Source: a bacterium (GTDB lineage Bacteria > RBG-13-61-14 > DATKZS01). From it: 64,000 nucleotides of DNA. Position 1 is the first letter of the stretch; each line of letters starts with the position of its first letter. The notes under the pieces were generated by a model that saw only the letters and a list, made by a program, of their open reading frames with translations, did not search any database and was not told the DNA's origin. The stretch covers positions 768,001 through 832,000 of the forward strand of contig CAXXFL010000007.1 of assembly GCA_963674965.2 (NCBI GenBank). The letters are read 5' to 3'. The position numbers were made by a program, and so were the translations under genes. This document shows positions 57,311 through 64,000 of the stretch, one piece after another.

Positions 57311-57672
57311 GCCTTCACGGCTTCCTTCATTTTCTCGATCAGCGCGTCAATGGCCACGGGCTTGATGAGGTAATCGAAGGCCCCCATGCTCTTGACCTCG
57401 CGGAAGTCCTCGTCCGATCCCCTTCCCGACACCAGAATAACGGGCAGCTCGGGCCGCACCTTTTTAATGTCTTTGAGGACCTCCGTGCCTTTGACCCTTT
57501 GCAGCACCATGTCAAGGATGACGACGTTGAACTCTTTGGCCTCGACCAGCTCGAGGGCTCCTTTCCTGTCCGTCGCCACCTCGGCCTCGATGTCCCGCAG
57601 GGCAAGGCGCTCGGCCAGGGTTTGTATGAGTTCCATCTCGTCGTCCACCAACAGAACCTTCATGGACGTCAT
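57307..57672 (-). CDS. Single-domain response regulator
   Basis: LLVDDE, ILDM, VSG, IKP. Confidence 0.92.
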   Translation of the reverse strand: MTSMKVLLVDDEMELIQTLAERLALRDIEAEVATDRKGALELVEAKEFNVVILDMVLQRVKGTEVLKDIKKVRPELPVILVSGRGSDEDFREVKSMGAFDYLIKPVAIDALIEKMKEAVKA

Positions 57673-59393
57673 TTAATATCCCCCCCAATCATATTACCCG
57701 AGGGCAGGAAAATGGTAAAGCTCGTTCCGACCCCGAGCTCGCTTTGGACCTCGATCCGCCCGCCCAGTTTTTGCACGATACCGTAGGTAATGGAAAGTCC
57801 GAGTCCGGTCCCCTCGCTTCTGGTGGTAAAGAAGGGATCGAAAATCTGCTTCATATGCTCATCTGGAATGCCGGGGCCATTATCCATGAATTTGATGGAC
57901 ACGAACCCCATGTCCTCAGGATATATGGACACCTTGATTTTCCCCTCCCGGTTCGACTCGGACAGGGCGTTTAAGGAGTTGTTCAAGATATTCAGAAAGA
58001 CCTGCTGCAACTGTCCCCTGTCGCTCTCGATGGGCTTAATTTCCCCCTTGGCGATCACCTCGATGGCGATTTTCCTGAACTTGGCCTCATGCTCGAGGAA
58101 ACTTATCACCTCACGGGCCAGCTGTTCCAGGTCGATGCTCTCGATCTGCAAGTCGATATGCTTGGCGAAGCGGAGCAGACGGCGGGTTATGCGGCTGCAT
58201 CGGCCGACCGAGTTCTGGATGGCCTCCATGAGCTTGGAGACCTTTTCCTTTTCGGGAAAATTCTCGATTATCCCGATCATGTCCATCATCATGCCCGCCT
58301 TCTCGTTGATGATGGCCAGGGGGTTGTTGATCTCGTGGGCCACGCCCGCGGCCAGCCTTCCGATCGAGGCCATTTTGTTGGTGTACTCGATCTTATGCAG
58401 GGCCTGGGTCCTCTGCTCGTCGGCCAGCCTGATCCTGGAGACGAGATAATATGAAATCCACATGACTATCAGAAGGATCAGGACCATGCTGAAAATGAGG
58501 ATGAGCCACAGGTTCCGGGCCAGGGCGAACCAGTTCTTGCCGGCCGCCGACGGGTCCTTTAAGACCATGAGGATGAAGGGAGAATTGTCGATATAGGCGT
58601 GGCCTTGAATGAGCTCCAGGCCCTGGGGGTCCTTTATCTGGCTGACCACCGCGTGGTCCACGTAGGGCGGCGTGGGGATATTGGCCTTGCCCAACAGCTC
58701 CCCGTGGCGATTCGACGGGGTCTGGAGTATCCCCTCATGGTTGATGATAAAGAGCTCCGACGGCGGGGCCACGTTGACCGACCGAAGCAGCTCGTCAAGG
58801 GTGCTCGAGTCGATGGTGGCGCGAAGGACGTAGGACCGTCCATCCTTGTCGGAGGCGGAGAGGGCGATCACGAAATGAGGCAGGTTCCGATACCCCATGT
58901 AAACGTCGCTGACGTAATGTCCCTGCACGATGACCTTGTTGAACCATTCCTGCTCGGAGTAATCCTTGCCCGCCAGTTCCCTGGCGTAGGGCCCCACGTA
59001 GGACACCTGTTTTCCGTCGGGGTCGATAACGCTGAGGTCGACCATTCCCCCCAGCGCGTTCTTTAAATGGGCGAAAACCACCTGCAGCTCACCCTGGTCC
59101 TTAAGTTCGTCGTAGCTCCTCTCGTTCGTGATCAAGACCAGGGCGGCGGCCCTCTCGGCCAGGAAGAACTCGATCGAGTGTTTGGTCATTCCCGTGATGT
59201 GGTTGACGCGCTCCTTGATCTCCTCGCGTATGGCGTTCTTGTACTGGAAATAATTTAAAAAGGTAAGGATAATTAAAGGGGTGAAGGAGACGAGGGTCAT
59301 AATGACGACTACCCATCTCCATAGCCTTACATACCTGGACTGGCCGTCTTCCGTCTTGCGCCAGGGCGAGGCCGCGTCATGCATTTCAGGCAA
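57669..59393 (-). CDS. Membrane sensor histidine kinase (Cache-like periplasmic domain)
   Basis: Two TM helices; AHEINNPL, QQVFLNILNN, DNGPGI, FDPFFTT, GTGLGL. Confidence 0.93.
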   Translation of the reverse strand: MPEMHDAASPWRKTEDGQSRYVRLWRWVVVIMTLVSFTPLIILTFLNYFQYKNAIREEIKERVNHITGMTKHSIEFFLAERAAALVLITNERSYDELKDQGELQVVFAHLKNALGGMVDLSVIDPDGKQVSYVGPYARELAGKDYSEQEWFNKVIVQGHYVSDVYMGYRNLPHFVIALSASDKDGRSYVLRATIDSSTLDELLRSVNVAPPSELFIINHEGILQTPSNRHGELLGKANIPTPPYVDHAVVSQIKDPQGLELIQGHAYIDNSPFILMVLKDPSAAGKNWFALARNLWLILIFSMVLILLIVMWISYYLVSRIRLADEQRTQALHKIEYTNKMASIGRLAAGVAHEINNPLAIINEKAGMMMDMIGIIENFPEKEKVSKLMEAIQNSVGRCSRITRRLLRFAKHIDLQIESIDLEQLAREVISFLEHEAKFRKIAIEVIAKGEIKPIESDRGQLQQVFLNILNNSLNALSESNREGKIKVSIYPEDMGFVSIKFMDNGPGIPDEHMKQIFDPFFTTRSEGTGLGLSITYGIVQKLGGRIEVQSELGVGTSFTIFLPSGNMIGGDIK

Positions 59394-59495
59394 TTATTTT
59401 CCTTCTGGGTTTATCTCGATCATTTCTCGAACGTGGCCCGGTAATATCAAGACCAGGTCACGTCCGACGTTTACATCCGCCCGCCGCTTCCAGCT

Positions 59496-59930
59496 TCACC
59501 CGACGGCCGGCGGCTTTCCTTCCCCATAGGCGAGAGCCGGACGAGGCTCGGAAGAGTCGGCGGCCCTGCTTTTGAACGCGCGGTCCACCACTCCTATCAG
59601 AACGTTAATATCAGCCGGCTTCTCCATGTACTCGAAAGCCCCGAGGCTCCTGGCCATCGCTCCGTCGGAGTCGGTCCCGTGTCCGGTAAGCATGATGACG
59701 GGGAGACATGGACGGACTTTTCTCACGCGCCTTAGGACCTCCATGCCGTCAATGCCCGGGAGCCTGAGGTCAAGGACCATAACGTCCGGCTCCTCATCCT
59801 GGACCATCTCCAGGGCGCGCTCACCGGTAAAAGCCGTGGACGCCCGAATGGAACGAAAGCCCAGGCGCTCGGCCAGGGCGTTCACGTATTCTTCCTCGTC
59901 GTCCACCAATAACAGCCTTAAATTGTCCAT
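59496..59930 (-). CDS. Single-domain response regulator
   Basis: LLVDDE, VLDLRLPG, LTGHG, EKP. Confidence 0.9.
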   Translation of the reverse strand: MDNLRLLLVDDEEEYVNALAERLGFRSIRASTAFTGERALEMVQDEEPDVMVLDLRLPGIDGMEVLRRVRKVRPCLPVIMLTGHGTDSDGAMARSLGAFEYMEKPADINVLIGVVDRAFKSRAADSSEPRPALAYGEGKPPAVG

Positions 59931-60062
59931 ACTTCTTACTCCCGCCGACTTACGCGTACGTCAAGCGTTTCATATTGATTATAACAGAATTCCACGGCCG
60001 GTAAATACCGGGCTGGAAAAATAATTCGCCTTCTCGAAGACTATTGGCGATAAATATTTTAA

Positions 60063-60248
60063 GAGCCTCTTGTAAAAGTCCCGCTTTGGAGTGCGGCGGC
60101 TCGACGCCGCTTTTCTTCCGAGCGGCTTGACGCGAGGCTAGCCGTTGTATTCTTAGGCCTTGTCAAGTCAAAGCCATCGAAAGCGCTCTCAAGCGACCCC
60201 AATCCAAAGCGGCTATGCCGCCAAGAAAGGGACTTTTGCAAGAAGCTC
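60063..60248. mobile_element. MITE-like element with terminal inverted repeats and TTAA flanks
   Basis: GAGCCTCTTGTAAAAGTCCC ... GGGACTTTTGCAAGAAGCTC (18/20 inverted match); TTAA at 60059-60062 and 60249-60252; internal REP-like TTGGAGTGCGGCGGCTCGACGCCGCTTT. Confidence 0.7.
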
Positions 60249-60260
60249 TTAAAGTAGCTC

Positions 60261-60317
60261 TTGACAATGCCTCCCATATATAGTATATCTTTTCTATCTG
60301 ATTAGTGATTACTATCA
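60261..60317 (+). promoter_or_regulatory. Putative promoter and TetR operator
   Basis: TTGACA-N17-TATATC; near-palindrome TAGTGATTACTA at 60303-60314, just downstream. Confidence 0.5.
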
Positions 60318-60357
60318 TTTTGTGGAGCGATATATAATTTGACGGCGGCAATATCCA

Positions 60358-60981
60358 ATGAACATCGTACAAAAATATGAGGAAAAATTAAGCGAACAGA
60401 TAAAAAAACACGACGAGCTGATCGAGGCGGCCATCCGCGTGTTCAACGAAAAAGGTTACAGCGCCGCCACTACCGCCGCCATAGCGGCCGAGGCCAAGGT
60501 CAGCGAGCCCACGCTGTACAAGCACGTCAAAAGCAAGCGGGAGCTTTATCTCGAGTGCTTCAAGGTGGTCGAGGCCGAGCTTAACGGCCTGTTCTTAATA
60601 ATCGAAAGGGCCAGCCGGGGCGGCGGCGCGCCGTTTATCAAGCTTCTTATCAGCGAGTACGTGGACTTTGTGGCCGAGAACCCGCACAAGTCCAAGTTCC
60701 TGGTGCATCTTTTCGCGTACCGGGGGGAGAAGGGGTTCGAGGAAACCTTCAACGGCTTCATGGACGGGACCGTATCGAGGATCGAAAAGGCGCTGATCGA
60801 GGCGCGCCAAAGGGGAGAGTTGGCTGAGGGCATCGATCCCTCCGTGCTGGCGGCGGCGTTTTTCAGCCAGTATTTCACCTTGAACGTGCTCGAGTCGGTA
60901 AGGGTCGGCCGGGGCATACCGGTCGAGACGATAAAACGAACCATGGAGCGTATGGCTTCCGGGTTTCTAAATGAAAAATAA
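60358..60981 (+). CDS. TetR/AcrR family transcriptional regulator
   Basis: LIEAAIRVFNEKGYSAATTAAIAAEAKVSEPTLYKH. Confidence 0.93.
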   Translation: MNIVQKYEEKLSEQIKKHDELIEAAIRVFNEKGYSAATTAAIAAEAKVSEPTLYKHVKSKRELYLECFKVVEAELNGLFLIIERASRGGGAPFIKLLISEYVDFVAENPHKSKFLVHLFAYRGEKGFEETFNGFMDGTVSRIEKALIEARQRGELAEGIDPSVLAAAFFSQYFTLNVLESVRVGRGIPVETIKRTMERMASGFLNEK

Positions 60982-60996
60982 AGGGGAAAGATAATC

Positions 60997-62217
60997 ATGG
61001 CAAGCGTGGTGGTTTTTGGAGGATGCGGCCAGGTTGGCGGCGTGGCGGTCAAAACTCTGGCCAAAAGCGGTCACTTCGAGGAAATCGTCATTTGTGACCT
61101 GAACGGCGACAGGGCCGGCCAACTCATCAAGGAGGCCGGTCCCAAGGTGAGCTATAAGAGGACCGACCTGATGGACGCGGAAGCGGTCAAGCGGGCGGCC
61201 GCCGGCAAGGACGTGGCCCTCAACTGCTCGGGCCCTTTCTACAAGCTGGTCAAGACCGTGCTTGCCGCGGTGATCGAGGCGGGCGTCAACTACGTGGACA
61301 TATGCGACGACGTGGACGTTACCCTCGAGGTGTTGGCCATGGACGAGAAAGCCAGGGCGGCGGGAGTAACGGCCCTGATCGGCATGGGCAGCTCGCCAGG
61401 CGCGACCAACCTCCTGGCCAAGTTCGCGGCCGACAACCTCCTGGACGAGACCGAGTCCATCGATATTTTCCACGCCCACGGGGGCGAGCCCCTCGAGGGC
61501 GAGGGCGTGATCGGCCACCGTTTTCATTGCATGTCCATCGACATCCCCATGTATCTGGACGGCGAGTTGAAAAAGGTGAAGTATTTCGAGGAGGACGGCG
61601 TGGCCCTGCGCGAGAGCTTCGCCTTTCCCGTGATCGGGGAGGTCCTTCTTTATCCGTATCCTCACCCTGAGCAGGTGACCCTGCCCAATTACGTCAAGTG
61701 CAAACGAGTCACCAACAAGGGCAGCGTTCTTCCCGATCGGTATTACGAGTTGATACGGGACATGTGCGGCCTGGGCCTGAGCCAAAGGGACCCGGTTACG
61801 GTCAAGGGGGTCCAGATAAGCCCTTACGACTTCTCCATGGCCTATATCATTCGGGAAAGGGAAAGGATACTGCGCGAGACCGATTTCGGCCCGCAGAGGG
61901 GCTGCGCCAGCGTCGTGGTCAAGGGGAAAAAAGACGGCAAGAAGACCGAATACCGCTTTCACATGGCCTCGAGAAGCCAGGCCCTGGGAGAGGGAACGGG
62001 GGTCCCCGCCGCGGTGGGCGCCATCTTGATGGCGCTTGGCAAGGTGAAGGGCCAAGGGGTTGCCCCGCCCGAGGCCATGGTCGATCCCATGGACTTCATC
62101 GGCATAGTCCCCAAGGTCATGGACCTGGACTCGAAAAAGGAGGAGGGAGAATCCTTCGGCGGAGTGATAGTCGAGCGGATCGACGAAAACGGCAAGGTCA
62201 CCAAACTGGACATCTGA
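60997..62217 (+). CDS. Saccharopine dehydrogenase-like NAD(P)-dependent oxidoreductase
   Basis: GGCGQVG, NCSGPFY, NYVDICDD, GMGSSPG.TN, HPE. Confidence 0.85.
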   Translation: MASVVVFGGCGQVGGVAVKTLAKSGHFEEIVICDLNGDRAGQLIKEAGPKVSYKRTDLMDAEAVKRAAAGKDVALNCSGPFYKLVKTVLAAVIEAGVNYVDICDDVDVTLEVLAMDEKARAAGVTALIGMGSSPGATNLLAKFAADNLLDETESIDIFHAHGGEPLEGEGVIGHRFHCMSIDIPMYLDGELKKVKYFEEDGVALRESFAFPVIGEVLLYPYPHPEQVTLPNYVKCKRVTNKGSVLPDRYYELIRDMCGLGLSQRDPVTVKGVQISPYDFSMAYIIRERERILRETDFGPQRGCASVVVKGKKDGKKTEYRFHMASRSQALGEGTGVPAAVGAILMALGKVKGQGVAPPEAMVDPMDFIGIVPKVMDLDSKKEEGESFGGVIVERIDENGKVTKLDI

Positions 62218-62224
62218 GAGCGGC

Positions 62225-63811
62225 ATGGCTGAACATCGAGACAAGTTCATATTGGCGATCGACCACGGAACCTCCGGCGTCAAGACCTCGCTCATGACGA
62301 CCAGGGGGGAGATGGTCGGCCACGAGCGAGAGCCGACCCCCATCCATTATCTTCCCGGCGGGGGCGCCGAGCAGGACCCGGACGACTGGTGGAACGCCTT
62401 GCTCGAGACCGGCGGGCGTTTGATCGGACGGGGCCTGGTCCCGGCGGAGGACGTGGCGGCCGTCTGCGTCTCGAGCACTTTTTCCTCGACCGTGGCCGTC
62501 GATTCCTCGGGCCGCCATCTCATGAACTGTCTCACCTGGATGGATTCCAGGGGCGCTCCCTACATAAAGGAGGTGGTGGGAGGGTTCCCCAGCTTCGACG
62601 GCTATTGCCTGTACAAGATGCTGCCCTGGATTTATAAGAGCGGCGGCGGTCCCCAGCTCTCGGGCAAGGACGACGTGGCCCACGTCCTCTTTATCAAGCG
62701 CGAGAGGCCCGAGATTTACTCGAGGACCCACATGTTCATGGGGAGCAAGGACTACTTGAACCTCCGGCTATCGGGGGAGTTCGCCGCCAGTTACGACTCG
62801 ATGTCCCTCTTCTGGGTGACCAACTCCAGGGACCCCGGCCGGCCTTATTACGACGACTATCTTCTGCGTCTTTCCGGCCTTGACAAAAACAAGCTCCCTC
62901 CCATGAGGCGCTCGATCGACGTACTGGGATATTTAAAGCCCGAGGTGGCCGGCCGATTGGGATTGAAAAAGGACGTCAAGGTGATCGTGGGGTCTCCGGA
63001 CCACCAGGCGGCCTGCGTCGGCTCGGGCGCGGTCCGGGACTTCGAGGGGCACCTTTACGTGGGGACATCCTCCTGGATTCAGTGCGTGGTCCCCTTTAAA
63101 AAGACGGACGTTCTCCACTCGATCGCTTCCCTTCCCACCTCGATACCGGGAAAATACTACTGCGCCAACGAGCAGGACGCCGCGGGCGGGTGCCTGACGT
63201 TCCTGATCGGCAATATCCTTTATCATCGAAACGAGGTCCGCTCGGAGGACCCGCCGGCCGACGTCTTCGAGCGCGTCGAGAAGATCGCCGCCAGGACCCC
63301 CGCGGGAAGCGGCGGGCTGATCTTCACGCCCTGGCTGAACGGCGAGCGGACGCCGGTGGACGACCCGAACGCCCGGGCCGGTTTCCATAACCTGGGACTC
63401 ACCTCCAACCTGGACCACATGGTCCGGGCGGTCCTGGAGGGCGTGGCCTACAACAACCGCTGGGCGCTGGGGTACGTTGAAAAATTCATCGGCCGCAAAA
63501 TGGACGGCCTCAACATGATCGGGGGCGGCGCGCTTTCCCCTTCTTGGCGTCAAATCTTCGCCGACGTGACGAACCGTGAGATACGCCAGATCAAGGACCC
63601 GGTTCAGGCCAACGCGAGAGGGGCTGCCTTTATCGCTTCCGCGGCCCTCGGTTATATCACCTTCGAGGAAATACCGGGCCTGGTAAAAGTGGAGAACGTC
63701 TCGAGACCCGAGCCCGGGAACGTGAAAATCTATAATGACCTCTATGGGGAATTCCTCCAGATTTACCGCCGTAACGCCCCCATTTACAGGCGTCTGAACC
63801 TGAAGAAATAG
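62225..63811 (+). CDS. FGGY family kinase (xylulokinase-like)
   Basis: AIDHGTSGVK, AEQDPDDWW, WMDSR, GTSSW, PWLNGERTP, RAVLEGVA, IGGGA. Confidence 0.9.
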   Translation: MAEHRDKFILAIDHGTSGVKTSLMTTRGEMVGHEREPTPIHYLPGGGAEQDPDDWWNALLETGGRLIGRGLVPAEDVAAVCVSSTFSSTVAVDSSGRHLMNCLTWMDSRGAPYIKEVVGGFPSFDGYCLYKMLPWIYKSGGGPQLSGKDDVAHVLFIKRERPEIYSRTHMFMGSKDYLNLRLSGEFAASYDSMSLFWVTNSRDPGRPYYDDYLLRLSGLDKNKLPPMRRSIDVLGYLKPEVAGRLGLKKDVKVIVGSPDHQAACVGSGAVRDFEGHLYVGTSSWIQCVVPFKKTDVLHSIASLPTSIPGKYYCANEQDAAGGCLTFLIGNILYHRNEVRSEDPPADVFERVEKIAARTPAGSGGLIFTPWLNGERTPVDDPNARAGFHNLGLTSNLDHMVRAVLEGVAYNNRWALGYVEKFIGRKMDGLNMIGGGALSPSWRQIFADVTNREIRQIKDPVQANARGAAFIASAALGYITFEEIPGLVKVENVSRPEPGNVKIYNDLYGEFLQIYRRNAPIYRRLNLKK

Positions 63812-63909
63812 CCGGATCGTCGGGAAAGCCAACCCCCGGCCGTCCTCATCGGAACGTCCGGACGCCTATCGTTGTCAAAACTTAAATCGCCGGGTCTGGC
63901 AGTTTTCTC

Positions 63910-63937
63910 TTGACAGTGAAAATCATTGTTGTACCTT
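63910..63937 (+). promoter_or_regulatory. Putative sigma70 promoter for a gene running off the window
   Basis: TTGACA-N16-TACCTT followed by AAGGAG; the spacer contains Fur-box-like GAAAATCATT. Confidence 0.35.
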
Positions 63938-64000
63938 AGTATCAAGGAGAACTGGATTCCAGATTGAAGCTTTTGTTCCGGCGCTCGTTTCAGCTCATGG

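Overview
GC-rich bacterial chromosomal window. The gene set (dapL-folK, a MYXO-CTERM-like protein, a stand-alone PilZ, and a DASS/CBS/phosphorelay cluster) suggests a deltaproteobacterial-type lineage; this is inference. From left to right it holds: a decayed PBP1A remnant next to REP-like hairpins; YHS-folK-dapL; an ECF sigma/anti-sigma pair; a surface-glycan locus (two GT-C paralogs, a GT4-cupin fusion, wzm/wzt, GT4 and GT8-like genes); trpF-trpB-methyltransferase with no trpA; hisS-aspS; a LysM lipoprotein; HtrA plus a Gld-type ABC operon; a putP-like symporter, argJ, a larA-family gene and PilZ. Next comes a ~12 kb island of repeat proteins: three exported ankyrin proteins, an LRR protein, an FHA protein, a zinc-finger-WD40 protein and a Ser/Thr kinase-TM-16xWD40 protein. 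The window ends with a GH2 glucosaminidase, a large surface protein, a DASS-CBS-phosphorelay cluster, a MITE, and TetR-saccharopine dehydrogenase-like-FGGY kinase. I saw no rRNA, tRNA, CRISPR array or transposase. The best candidate for a novel system is the FHA/WD40/kinase cluster, whose three proteins carry related Thr motifs (T-x-x-D, G-T-[LM]) that could be phospho-docking sites. Other notable points: folK lacks a canonical start codon and is in frame behind the dapL amber stop, and the PBP1A remnant is decayed at its 5' end but intact at its 3' end. All product calls come from recognising motifs by eye; no searches were run.
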